Shown here in pieces: positions 1-11,227 of a stretch of DNA of 39,085 nt. Source of the DNA: Octopus bimaculoides. Its lineage: Eukaryota. The notes beneath the pieces are model-generated. The model was not told the DNA's origin. It saw only the letters and a program-made list of their open reading frames with translations, and searched no databases. The stretch's first letter is position 1. Each line of letters begins with the position of its first letter. Both the position numbers and the translations under genes were made by a program. The stretch covers positions 21,947,970-21,987,054 of the forward strand of contig NC_069005.1 of the NCBI RefSeq assembly GCF_001194135.2, in the 5' to 3' direction.

Positions 1-121
1 GTCTATGTTCCATGCTGGCATGGATTGGAGAGTTATTAATGTAGAAATATGGTATCGTAGCTACTAACAGTTGAGGGTTGCGTAGTCTAGACGGCGTTTT
101 TAGATTTCATTATTCTCTTTA

Positions 122-151
122 ACCCGGGCAAAGCCGGGTATTTCTGCTAGT
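122..151 (+). mobile_element. Helitron-like 3' terminus
   Basis: Hairpin ACCCGG-gcaaag-CCGGGT (122-139) followed 7 nt later by CTAG (147-150) and then T, which is the canonical Helitron 3' end. The 5' end is not visible. Confidence 0.65.
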
Positions 152-326
152 ATATATATATATATATATAACTGCCTGACAAATAATTATATTTTGCAGG
201 TGCATTGTTTTCATAAAGAATCTCTGCTTCTGTCAGGTCTTCGGAAGCCAATATATTTTGAATCTGCAAATGGATAAAAATTATTTCAGAACGTATATAG
301 GCGCAGGCGTGACTGTGTAGCAAGAA

Positions 327-586
327 GGCGGAGAGCTGGCAGAGTGGTTAGCACACCGGGCCAAATACTTATCGGTATTTTGTCTGCCACTGCGTTCCGA
401 GTTCAAATTCCGCCGAGGTCGACTTTAACTTTCAACCTTTCGGAGTCGATAAATTAAGTACCAGTTACGCACTGGGATCGACTTAATCCCTTTGTCTGTC
501 CTTGTTTGTCCCCTCTATGTTTAGCCCCTTGTGGGCAATAAAGAGATAAGAAACGTTAGCACGCCGGACGAAATGCTTAGCGGTAT
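327..586 (+). mobile_element. tRNA-derived SINE family A (GGCGGCGAGCTGGCAGAA head), followed by a partial restart of the head
   Basis: A-box/B-box-like head (GAGTTCAAATTCC), central block CTTTCA.CCTTTCGGAGTCGATAAATTAAGTACCAG, and tail ending GCAATAAAGAGATAAG. The head restarts at about 551. About 13 related copies or fragments occur in the window. Confidence 0.85.
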
Positions 587-901
587 TTAGTCGAGAAAAT
601 CGACCCCATGACTTATTTCTTTGTAAGCCTAGTACTTATTCTATCGGTCTCTTTTTGCCGAACCGCTAATTTGCGGGGACGTAAACACACCAGCATCGAT
701 TGTCAAGCGATGGTGAGGGGGACAAACAGAGACACACACGACGGGCTTCTTTCAGTTTCCATTTACCAAATCCACTCATAAGGCTTTGGTCGGCCCGAGG
801 GTATAGTAGAAGATACTTGCCCAAGGTGCCACGCAGTGAGACTGAACCCGGAACCATGTGGTTGGTAAGCAAGTTGCTTACCACACAGCCACTCCTGCGC
901 A
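587..901 (-). mobile_element. tRNA-derived CORE-type SINE family B (resembles the octopus OR2 family)
   Basis: Reverse complement of GCGCAGGAGTGGCTGTGTGGTAAG...GGTTCAGT...GGCACCTTGGGCAAGT...; homologous to copies at 4468-4570, 32141-32545 and 38458-39085. A 5' head fragment of the same family lies at about 298-326 (+). Confidence 0.85.
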
Positions 902-1575
902 TANNNNNNNNNNNNNNNNNNNNNNNNNNNNNNNNNNNNNNNNNNNNNNNNNNNNNNNNNNNNNNNNNNNNNNNNNNNNNNNNNNNNNNNNNNNNNNNNN
1001 NNNNNNNNNNNNNNNNNNNNNNNNNNNNNNNNNNNNNNNNNNNNNNNNNNNNNNNNNNNNNNNNNNNNNNNNNNNNNNNNNNNNNNNNNNNNNNNNNNNN
1101 NNNNNNNNNNNNNNNNNNNNNNNNTATATATATATATATATATCCTAGATGTTCCGAAAATACGTTGGATTTCAACACCCATGTATGCAAGGAAATATGT
1201 AAAACAACAATTACTACTACTACTACTACTTGTAAGTGAAGTGGCAAGCAATTTTCGTTCTATGTTTTTGATGAGATTTACGATGGTACATTGACCTAAT
1301 CAAAATTTAAATTTAGAAACAGGACATGCTATGACAATCCCTTTCTGCCACAATGTTTTTAAATAAAATAAAATAAAATAAAATAAAATAAAATGGCAAT
1401 TTCCATCTAATTAGCTTACTTTTACACGGATATAAAATTATAGAGATATCAAAACTGTGACTGGATGAGCTAAAGAAAGGAAAATAGCTTAAATATTCCT
1501 GATGATAAATCAGTGATAATATGTTGCTGCAGAACAACAATACGTTGTTTATAACTTCAGTCTGTCTTTCCCGGT

Positions 1576-1801
1576 TTTACCCTTTCGCATTCAGATTTCT
1601 GTGTCAAATATATTGCTTATTTATTCATATCATTTAGAATTAATCATGCATTATCTTGTAGCTTTGAAATTTCAATGGTATGATATTATATTTTTAGAAT
1701 GACATATTAGAATAAGTGTAAAAGGTTGGATCTGGCCAGTTTTAGCATAAAACGTAGAATATTTGAACCAGATATGGCCGGATTAAATGCTAAAGAGTTA
1801 A
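1576..1801. mobile_element. piggyBac-like MITE
   Basis: Imperfect terminal inverted repeats (ttta-CCCTTTCGCATT ... AATGCTAAAGAG-ttaa), with TTAA on the right and a degenerate TTTA on the left. About 225 bp, non-coding. Confidence 0.6.
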
Positions 1802-2052
1802 AGACTAGGATGGGATTTGAGGTTTGGTTGCTAGTTCGGTCGACCGCGATGTGCCTTCAACAATAGGCTGTTGTTGACATTGTTGTTGTTCTTGCTGCTG
1901 CTGCTGTTGTCTTGCTCCAAGTCAAGCGTGATACAGCATGCTTATGATCACAGGTATTCCAACCTGGACCATCCTGTCAGTTGAGTATTATTAGGAAGCG
2001 AACTGGCAGAATTATTTGGACCTGGGACAAAATGCTTTACAATTTTTTTTTT

Positions 2053-2463
2053 AAAGTAGTTGTATGCTGTCAACTTAATGTGACAGTCCCAAGAAGAGAA
2101 TAACACTACTGCTATTTAGCCCTAGGAAGCAGCACCGCTTCCTGTCGGCCTTGACACATTTCCTGTGTCCTTATGTTTACAAGGGGGAGACAAGCACCAC
2201 CATCCAGCTAAGCTTGCATCCAGAGACATGTTTCTGAGTCTTTGCTCGTCATCAGTCTGGAGTAGCAAAGGTCTGCTAGTTGGGATGCCTGTCAAGCTCT
2301 CGTAAACATATAATAATTCTAGTAAAACACATTCACTGATTTCAAAAAATAGAAATAATACATTTCTAAATCTCTCAGAGAGATTTATGCAGTAGTGATG
2401 CGATAAAGTAGTTATATGCTGTCAACTTAATGTGACAGTCCCAAGAAGAGAATAACACTACTG
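2053..2463 (-). repeat. 352-bp tandem unit carrying a hammerhead ribozyme (retrozyme or PLE pseudo-LTR-like): one full unit plus the start of a second
   Basis: AAAGTAGTT(G/A)TATGCTGTCAACTTAATGTGACAGTCCC... starts at 2053 and again at 2405 (period 352). The second unit runs into an assembly gap. Confidence 0.85.
2219..2261 (-). ncRNA. Type I minimal hammerhead ribozyme motif
   Basis: The minus strand reads UCCAGA CUGAUGA C GAG caaaga CUC A GAAAC AU GUC UCUGGA. This gives stem I UCCAGA/UCUGGA, core CUGAUGA...GAAA, stem II GAG/CUC, a palindromic stem III (ACAUGU) and a GUC cleavage triplet (cut between 2225 and 2224). There is a non-canonical C/A pair at the base of stem II. Confidence 0.75.
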
Positions 2464-2845
2464 NNNNNNNNNNNNNNNNNNNNNNNNNNNNNNNNNNNNN
2501 NNNNNNNNNNNNNNNNNNNNNNNNNNNNNNNNNNNNNNNNNNNNNNNNNNNNNNNNNNNNNNNNNNNNNNNNNNNNNNNNNNNNNNNNNNNNNNNNNNNN
2601 NNNNNNNNNNNNNNNNNNNNNNNNNNNNNNNNNNNNNNNNNNNNNNNNNNNNNNNNNNNNNNNNNNNNNNNNNNNNNNNNNNNNNNNNNNNNNNNNNNNN
2701 NNNNNNNNNNNNNNNNNNNNNNNNNNNNNNNNNNNNNNNNNNNNNNNNNNNNNNNNNNNNNNNNNNNNNNNNNNNNNNNNNNNNNNNNNNNNNNNNNNNN
2801 NNNNNNNNNNNNNNNNNNNNNNNNNNNNNNNNNNNNNNNNNNNNN

Positions 2846-3060
2846 GCTTAGCTAAGTGGGGGTGATTGTCTTCTCCTTGTAAACATAAGGACACAGGAAA
2901 TGTGTCAAGGCCGACAGGAAGCGGTGCAGCTTCCTAGAGCTAAATAGCGGTAGTATTATTCCCTTCATGGGACTGTCACATTAAGTTGACAACATACAAC
3001 TACTTTATCGCATCACTACTGCATAAATCTCTCTGAGAGATTTAAAAATATATTATTTCA
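2846..3060 (+). repeat. Inverted copy of the 352-bp HHR-bearing unit, spanning a unit junction
   Basis: Diverged reverse complement of about 2053-2212, continuing into the reverse complement of about 2350-2404. Its HHR would fall just inside the upstream gap. Confidence 0.85.
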
Positions 3061-3074
3061 ATTTTTTTTTTTTT

Positions 3075-3290
3075 TTCGGTTCTTTACATTCTGGATTCGA
3101 TCTCGCCGAAGCTTACGAAAGTCGACAAAACAAATTAGCAGCCCAAAGCACAGGATTGGTGTAATTGTTAGAGCGATGAACAAATTGCTTTTCAGTATTT
3201 GTTTCGGCTTCTTACGTTCTGGATTGACATCTCACTCAGGCTTCTCGTGGTAGATAAAAGAAAGTACCACTCCAGAATGGTTGACTGGTC
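3075..3290 (+). mobile_element. Degenerate fragments of SINE family A
   Basis: Two decayed head-like segments (TTACATTCTGGATTCGATCTCGCCGA; TTACGTTCTGGATTGACATCTC...GATAAAAGAAAGTACC). Confidence 0.45.
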
Positions 3291-3494
3291 AAAGTATTAA
3301 TATAGCATTAAGTGTATCTTTACAGATTTTTCTATAGAATTTAGAGCCAGCGCTGAAAGTTACGACGTTTCGTATACGAATACTTCTATGTAAATAATGC
3401 GATCGAAGATAGAAAAAATGGGTAATGGGTGTATATGCATATTTCAGGATCTATTGCAATTTCATCAGCCCCACATCCAACTCATTAACCATCC

Positions 3495-3880
3495 ACGACG
3501 TCGTCGTCGTCGTCCTCGGCGTCTTATCGTGTGTCCGATAATTTATTTGGTTTCTTCTTGACCACTTCTTCCCCTCTGTCCGCGTTTATGCCTCTGATGA
3601 CTAATGAGGCCGATTCTTGAATGGAAGAGTCTGTTGCAAAGTTCACAAGGGATCCGTGATGAAGGTTTGGTTGTTGCAGCCACCATTTTCTTTCTTTTTG
3701 TTTCTCTTCCTCTTTTCTCTGTCGTTCAGCTTCAAAAGGATTTGTCACAGTGGCGGTGGAATGATGCAAGCCGTGCCTGTCCTGAGCTTCAATGACCCAG
3801 GCTTCGGGATTGTTCCCAGGCTTTGGGATCCAACCGCGAACACATTGCTTAAATAGCCACTAAGTTTCGCGGTGCAACAC
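3495..3880 (-). mobile_element. RTE-clade LINE, 3' end remnant (frameshifted)
   Basis: The minus strand encodes ...PEAWVIEAQDRHG...NPFEAERQRKEEEKQKERK and, after a frameshift, PCELCNRLFHSRIGLISHQRH (C2H2, about 3586-3650). This matches the typical RTE/BovB ORF C-terminus. A short 3' UTR ends in (GAC)n. Confidence 0.8.
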
Positions 3881-4467
3881 TGCTGGATAGATTAATTTAC
3901 ATATTAAGCACATAGTTCAAATAGACAACAGATACGNNNNNNNNNNNNNNNNNNNNNNNNNNNNNNNNNNNNNNNNNNNNNNNNNNNNNNNNNNNNNNNN
4001 NNNNNNNNNNNNNNNNNNNNNNNNNNNNNNNNNNNNNNNNNNNNNNNNNNNNNNNNNNNNNNNNNNNNNNNNNNNNNNNNNNNNNNNNNNNNNNNNNNNN
4101 NNNNNNNNNNNNNNNNNNNNNNNNNNNNNNNNNNNNNNNNNNNNNNNNNNNNNNNNNNNNNNNNNNNNNNNNNNNNNNNNNNNNNNNNNNNNNNNNNNNN
4201 NNNNNNNNNNNNNNNNNNNNNNNNNNNNNNNNNNNNNNNNNNNNNNNNNNNNNNNNNNNNNNNNNNNNNNNNNNNNNNNNNNNNNNNNNNNNNNNNNNNN
4301 NNNNNNNNNNNNNNNNNNNNNNNNNNNNNNNNNNNNNNNNNNNNNNNNNNNNNNNNNNNNNNNNNNNNNNNNNNNNNNNNNNNNNNNNNNNNNNNNNNNN
4401 NNNNNNNNNNNNNNNNNNNNNNNNNNNNNNNNNNNNNNNNNNNNNNNNNNNNNNNNNNNNNNNNNNN

Positions 4468-4570
4468 CGTGGCTATAGTAGAAGACACTTGCCCAAGGTA
4501 CCACGCAGTGGGACTGAACCTGGAACCGTGTGGTTGGTAAGCAAGCTACTTACCACAAAGCCGCTCCTAT
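4468..4570 (-). mobile_element. SINE family B, 5' portion
   Basis: Close match to 790-900; truncated by a gap. Confidence 0.85.
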
Positions 4571-4629
4571 ATATATTTGGTGTGTATTCGTGTATGTGTG
4601 TGTGTGCGTGAGTGAGATGGAGGGAGAGA

Positions 4630-4915
4630 GACAGATTATATGGTTGCAGCTCGAACTGGTTTGATCGTAGGTCAGCCCGATCAGAGTTGACCCGAAGCTG
4701 ACCAACAACAACAACAACAACAACTGGAAAGTTTCTGTTTGTTCACTGGAATTCCTAGAAAAAAACATCCCCACCTGCGTCCCAGAAAAACAAAAGAACT
4801 CCCCCAAAAAAACCAATGACGCATTGAATGAAGAAGACTTTGATATATTGTGTTTCTAACAAAAGAAACAGGATGGTCACGACTGGAAAACCTTAGGTAC
4901 GCACCTACTGGTTGA
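4630..4915 (-). repeat. Fragments of an unclassified interspersed repeat ending in (CAA)n
   Basis: GGATGGTCACGACTGGAA... and TTTGATCGTAGGTCAGCCCGATCAGAGTTGACC...CAACAAC; related to 1905-1977 in the opposite orientation. Confidence 0.4.
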
Positions 4916-5149
4916 GATGTGACAAAGATAATGACAAAGCAATAATGACAACAGATAAGTAAACTGATTTTCTGTTCCTTTGTTGATTGTTATGTGTATT
5001 GTCAACTCTTTGATGAGTATTTGTAACATCCTTGATGCTGTGGTTTGTGTTCTTCCCGCCGGAAAATGATGACAAGACGAATGACAAGAGCAAATAACAA
5101 ACTGAATGCACTAATATCGATGACTGACCATAAAAACAAGTGCAATTGA

Positions 5150-5217
<68 letters not shown>

Positions 5218-5522
5218 NNNNNNNNNNNNNNNNNNNNNNNNNNNNNNNNNNNNNNNNNNNNNNNNNNNNNNNNNNNNNNNNNNNNNNNNNNNNNNNNNNN
5301 NNNNNNNNNNNNNNNNNNNNNNNNNNNNNNNNNNNNNNNNNNNNNNNNNNNNNNNNNNNNNNNNNNNNNNNNNNNNNNNNNNNNNNNNNNNNNNNNNNNN
5401 NNNNNNNNNNNNNNNNNNNNNNNNNNNNNNNNNNNNNNNNNNNNNNNNNNNNNNNNNNNNNNNNNNNNNNNNNNNNNNNNNNNNNNNNNNNNNNNNNNNN
5501 NNNNNNNNNNNNNNNNNNNNNN

Positions 5523-5665
5523 ATAAAGTCACCATGTTGCGCACATGTGGTTGTGATGCATGTACCCGGTGTAACTTTATCAGACGAGTAGTAATGACGG
5601 GTATATTGGGCTTCGCATTATTGTACCCCAGTGTCACTTTGATGGCATGCACTGCTCTCTCACTC

Positions 5666-5717
<52 letters not shown>

Positions 5718-5725
5718 GTAATAAT
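5523..5725 (+). mobile_element. 3' end of a retroelement with an (AAT)n tail (unclassified)
   Basis: Unique segment ...GTCACTTTGATGGCATGCACTGCTCTCTCACTC directly followed by (AAT)n, with another (AAT)n before the upstream gap. Confidence 0.4.
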
Positions 5726-5879
5726 AATGACGATTTCTTTATTAACCACAAAGGCTTACATTAAGGAAGAACATTACGGACTGTACAGGACAAAACAAAG
5801 GATGTGCGCGTGTTGATGTACGGGTTTTGCGTGTAAACAAGACTAAGAAAATTTTTTTTAAATCAACAATGTGTGATCC

Positions 5880-7064
5880 TCAATTGGGAGATGTTCGAGG
5901 GCTACTCATGGAAAAACCTCATAAGAAAACATGGGTAACTTGACTTTTGGTGCAGGTTGGAAGAAGTGTACTATAAGGTCTTTACTATAGAAATGAACAG
6001 GTACTTATCTAGTAAAGAGGATTGGATGCTGCGACTTGTGTGCGAGCATGGAAGCAGCAAAAGGTCGCATTCTGTTGTCAAGAAAGCTTATAAATTTGCA
6101 AGAAAACTTGGCAGTAACTCTGAATTAGATGAAAAACCTGAAACCACGGCTGAAAGGCATCAAAACGAATGAAGCAGATTACAAAAAAAAAATGGGGTGG
6201 GGACAAACTGAGGAGCGGTTGAGGCAGAAGTTCCTGCATGGATAATATATTCTTCGAAGTCAGCAACAACCCATCAGTGGCTGAAGAATTCAGAATTAAG
6301 AGTAGAGACTGAAGGCTTCATACTGGTGGTGCAAGATCAAACCAGAAATTACCAGGCTAACGTTCTTCAAAACCGTACTGACCTTAGCCGCAGATTCTGT
6401 AATAAATTTGACGAAACAACAGACCATCTAGTTTCGGGATGTCTTGTGCTGATAGCAAACAAATACAAAAATCCACGATAGTGTAGGACAGTATTTACAT
6501 TGGAAAATATGTAAACACTTAAAAAACCACTCCTGCTAACTGGTATGGACATCATACTGAACCAGTTATTGAAAGTAAAAATGCTACCATCCTCTGGGAT
6601 TTTCCAGTCAACACTGTCAGAATGATCCAGGATAATCGACTAGACATAATCATTAAAGAGAGGGAAAAAAATACTTGTAGGTTAATAGATTTCAGTGTTT
6701 TCACTGATAAAAATCTGTAGAGGAATATCTGTAAAGGAATTTATTAAATGCAAGGACCTGGAAATAGAAATACAAAAGATGTGGCATCTTCAATCAAAAA
6801 CTGTTCCTGTTATTGTAGGTGTCGTAGGTATGATAAAAAAAAAAGGGATGTCAGACAAAATTTAGACAACATCCCAGGAGAGCCATGTCTTAAAGAAATC
6901 CAAAAGATTGTGCAGACATGTACTGCCCATATCTTTTGAAAAACCCTAGCAATTTAAATATTTGTGTTGCGTTATATGGAGGTATTTCTCTACTGCCCTC
7001 GCAACTCCCCCCCCCCACCACCACCACTAAGCTTTCAGTTATAGTTCAACATCCCTTAACCTTC
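5880..7064 (+). mobile_element. RLE-type non-LTR retrotransposon (R4/Dong-like), decayed 3' part of the ORF plus 3' UTR
   Basis: Frameshifted motifs THQWLKNSELRVETEGFILVVQDQ; decayed zinc knuckle (RRFCNKFDETTDHLVSGC); YLHWKICKH; ILWDFPVNT..NRLDIII..CRLIDFSV; KDLEIEIQKMWHL; VPVIVGVVG; LKEIQKIV. These cover the zinc knuckle and the PD-(D/E)xK nuclease. Confidence 0.85.
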
Positions 7065-7573
7065 NNNNNNNNNNNNNNNNNNNNNNNNNNNNNNNNNNNN
7101 NNNNNNNNNNNNNNNNNNNNNNNNNNNNNNNNNNNNNNNNNNNNNNNNNNNNNNNNNNNNNNNNNNNNNNNNNNNNNNNNNNNNNNNNNNNNNNNNNNNN
7201 NNNNNNNNNNNNNNNNNNNNNNNNNNNNNNNNNNNNNNNNNNNNNNNNNNNNNNNNNNNNNNNNNNNNNNNNNNNNNNNNNNNNNNNNNNNNNNNNNNNN
7301 NNNNNNNNNNNNNNNNNNNNNNNNNNNNNNNNNNNNNNNNNNNNNNNNNNNNNNNNNNNNNNNNNNNNNNNNNNNNNNNNNNNNNNNNNNNNNNNNNNNN
7401 NNNNNNNNNNNNNNNNNNNNNNNNNNNNNNNNNNNNNNNNNNNNNNNNNNNNNNNNNNNNNNNNNNNNNNNNNNNNNNNNNNNNNNNNNNNNNNNNNNNN
7501 NNNNNNNNNNNNNNNNNNNNNNNNNNNNNNNNNNNNNNNNNNNNNNNNNNNNNNNNNNNNNNNNNNNNNNNNN

Positions 7574-7600
<27 letters not shown>

Positions 7601-7606
<6 letters not shown>

Positions 7607-7689
7607 TAATAATAATGATGATGATGATGATTTCTTTATTAACCGCAAGGGTTTACATTAAGAAAAACATGGACAGTATAGGACAAAAC
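7601..7689 (-). repeat. Retroelement 3'-tail fragment, identical to 8787-8875 and related to about 5727-5795
   Basis: The minus strand ends ...CTTGCGGTTAATAAAGAAATCATCAT, similar to the tail of SINE family A at 520-550 and 38130-38165. Confidence 0.65.
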
Positions 7690-7694
7690 AAAGA

Positions 7695-7769
<75 letters not shown>

Positions 7770-7812
7770 TAATTCGTTTTATTGGCCACAAGGGCTAATA
7801 TCAATTAAAAAC

Positions 7813-7844
<32 letters not shown>

Positions 7845-8257
7845 GCCACAAAGTTTATGTTGAAAATGAATATTACGAATCCAGTTAATTGAAAAGTAGA
7901 CAAATTAAATAATGTATTGTGTGCGTGTGCTTGTGTGTGCGTGTGCGTGCGTGTGTGTATGCTCGATTGTGTTTGTGCTCGTGTGTGTGTCTGTGTGTGC
8001 GTGAGCGTACATGTGACTATGGTTGCGCGTATGACATATAAGTGCATATGTGTATGCATGCGTATCAGCGGATGCTTATCTCCGGAGTGTGTTTCCGAAA
8101 TTGATGTTCGCCGAAAGCAATCGAATTATATGCAAATTAATTGGCCACTATTAATGAGACACAAGAGAGCTATATATATATATATATATATATATATNNN
8201 NNNNNNNCATGCAGATTAAAAGTAAATAACAACAACAACAACAACAACAATAATAAT

Positions 8258-8467
8258 GATTTCAAGTTTTTGCAACAAGGGCAGCTTGCGGGAGGGGGTT
8301 AAATCGATTACATCAACTTCAGTGCGTAACTGGTACTTATTTAATCCACCCCGAAATCGTGAAAGGCAAAGACACCCTCGGTGGAATTTGAACTCAGAAC
8401 ATAACGACACAAAATACCGATAAGCACTTCGCCCGGCGTGCTACCGATTCTGCCAGCTCACCGCCTT
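8258..8467 (-). mobile_element. SINE family A
   Basis: Head, central block and tail (..TTGCAAAAACTTGAAA); flanked by (AAC/AAT)n. Confidence 0.85.
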
Positions 8468-8493
8468 AATAATAATAATAATAATAATAATAA

Positions 8494-8707
8494 TCCTTTC
8501 CATTATAAGCACAAGGCCTGAAATTTGGGGGAAGGGGGATAGTCGATTATATTGACCCCAGTGTTTCACTGGTACTTAATTCATCGACCCCGAAAGGATG
8601 AAAGACAAAGTCGATCTCGGCGGAGTTTGAACTCAGAACGCAGCGACAGGCGAAAAACCGCTAAGATTTTCGTCCAGCGTGCTAACGATACTACTAGCTC
8701 GCTGCCT
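8494..8707 (-). mobile_element. SINE family A
   Basis: Full head and central block, tail GGCCTTGTGCTTATAATGGAAAGGA; flanked by (AAT)n on both sides. Confidence 0.85.
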
Positions 8708-8713
8708 TAATTA

Positions 8714-8786
<73 letters not shown>

Positions 8787-8792
<6 letters not shown>

Positions 8793-8875
8793 TAATAATA
8801 ATGATGATGATGATGATTTCTTTATTAACCGCAAGGGTTTACATTAAGAAAAACATGGACAGTATAGGACAAAAC
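8787..8875 (-). repeat. Exact duplicate of 7601-7689
   Basis: 89 identical nt, including the microsatellite interruption; ends at a gap. Confidence 0.8.
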
Positions 8876-9661
8876 NNNNNNNNNNNNNNNNNNNNNNNNN
8901 NNNNNNNNNNNNNNNNNNNNNNNNNNNNNNNNNNNNNNNNNNNNNNNNNNNNNNNNNNNNNNNNNNNNNNNNNNNNNNNNNNNNNNNNNNNNNNNNNNNN
9001 NNNNNNNNNNNNNNNNNNNNNNNNNNNNNNNNNNNNNNNNNNNNNNNNNNNNNNNNNNNNNNNNNNNNNNNNNNNNNNNNNNNNNNNNNNNNNNNNNNNN
9101 NNNNNNNNNNNNNNNNNNNNNNNNNNNNNNNNNNNNNNNNNNNNNNNNNNNNNNNNNNNNNNNNNNNNNNNNNNNNNNNNNNNNNNNNNNNNNNNNNNNN
9201 NNNNNNNNNNNNNNNNNNNNNNNNNNNNNNNNNNNNNNNNNNNNNNNNNNNNNNNNNNNNNNNNNNNNNNNNNNNNNNNNNNNNNNNNNNNNNNNNNNNN
9301 NNNNNNNNNNNNNNNNNNNNNNNNNNNNNNNNNNNNNNNNNNNNNNNNNNNNNNNNNNNNNNNNNNNNNNNNNNNNNNNNNNNNNNNNNNNNNNNNNNNN
9401 NNNNNNNNNNNNNNNNNNNNNNNNNNNNNNNNNNNNNNNNNNNNNNNNNNNNNNNNNNNNNNNNNNNNNNNNNNNNNNNNNNNNNNNNNNNNNNNNNNNN
9501 NNNNNNNNNNNNNNNNNNNNNNNNNNNNNNNNNNNNNNNNNNNNNNNNNNNNNNNNNNNNNNNNNNNNNNNNNNNNNNNNNNNNNNNNNNNNNNNNNNNN
9601 NNNNNNNNNNNNNNNNNNNNNNNNNNNNNNNNNNNNNNNNNNNNNNNNNNNNNNNNNNNNN

Positions 9662-10204
9662 CGCTCTTCCGATCTATATATATACACAAATGTACGTAGA
9701 TATATAAATATATGCATACATGCGTTTATGTATACATACAGATATATGTGTATGCATGCATATGTGTATGTGTGCATGCATGCATGTATGTGTGCATGTA
9801 TGCATGCACACATACATACATACATACATACATACGTATGCATGCATTCATGCATTCAGTGAGATGGAAAGACAGACAGACAGACAGATATTTTACAAAG
9901 AAGAAATCGAAGAACCGTAGCGACAATAACATTGGTGTTTCGAAAAAACACCACCGCCGCCGCCACCACTACTACCACCAACACACACACACACACACAC
10001 ACACCAACATCAATACCATCACCAGCACCAAAGGCAAGCAGTACGAGCTGCAACATTAACAACAACAACAACAACAACAACAACAGCAACAACAATCATG
10101 AAAGCCGTGCTTACTCCTTAATTTCCGACGACCAAACTACCAAAATACTTCTCGCACCAGGATACCTTTTCCGTTTTTGTATTCCTTTGCTTAGTGGCTT
10201 TATC

Positions 10205-10240
<36 letters not shown>

Positions 10241-11075
10241 CCATCATCATCATCACCATCATCATCGTCATCGTCGTCGTCGTCGTCATCATTATCATCA
10301 CCATCACCATCATCTTCAGCATCACCCCACCCTACCCCTCCACCACCATCATCAGTATTAGCGTAATCACCATCACTATTACAATCATAATCAACAGCCT
10401 CATCACCACCACCATCCCCACCACCACCACCACCACCACCACCNNNNNNNNNNNNNNNNNNNNNNNNNNNNNNNNNNNNNNNNNNNNNNNNNNNNNNNNN
10501 NNNNNNNNNNNNNNNNNNNNNNNNNNNNNNNNNNNNNNNNNNNNNNNNNNNNNNNNNNNNNNNNNNNNNNNNNNNNNNNNNNNNNNNNNNNNNNNNNNNN
10601 NNNNNNNNNNNNNNNNNNCCACCACCACCACCACCACCACCGCCATCAGTATCAGCATAATCACCATCACCATTACCATCATGATCATCAACAGCCTCAT
10701 CATCATCATCATCATCACCACCATTATCACCACCATCATATCATCATTCTTTTCTTTTATTTCATTCTATTTTTGTGCTGAGTCGGCAGAAACTTGGTGG
10801 TGGTGGTAGTGGTGGTGGTGGTGGTTTTGTTGGTGGCGGTGGTGGTGGAGATTCTGCTCGAGAGAAAACAATAACCATAATCAATAAGAACAAAAAACAA
10901 ACAAACAAAATAAATAAATAAATAAAAACAAGAACGACCTCAAAGACTACGACTAACAACAACAACAATAAATACAGTAACATCAGCACCAAGAATAACA
11001 AACACAACAATAACGAGTACAACAACAACGCCAAGAACATTAACAGCAACAGTAGCAGTAGCATTAACCACACCG
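9662..11075. repeat. Low-complexity and microsatellite block: (CATA)n, (AGAC)n, (CA)n, (AAC)n, (CAT)n, (CAC)n, (GGT)n
   Basis: Read directly from the sequence; explains the poly-S, poly-N and poly-V ORFs. Confidence 0.9.
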
Positions 11076-11227
11076 AATCAACGATTGACGGTGGTTGAAT
11101 GATCGGCTAGAAATAGCAGTCGAATCTTCTCGAAATCACACCGTACAGATTAGGGAAAGGAGATGCAGCACTGGAGAATATAATCATTGAAATATTTTTG
11201 AAATAATGAGAGAGTTATGTTCGGGAT

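Noticed and set aside
298-901. Inverted SINE-B heads flanking a SINE-A copy, as a composite TIR element
   Set aside because: More simply explained by nested independent SINE insertions; no TSD is visible.
3524-3769. 81-aa ORF with a coiled-coil-like stretch that looked like a host exon
   Set aside because: Explained as the frameshifted C-terminus of an RTE LINE; the C2H2 motif lies in the neighbouring frame.
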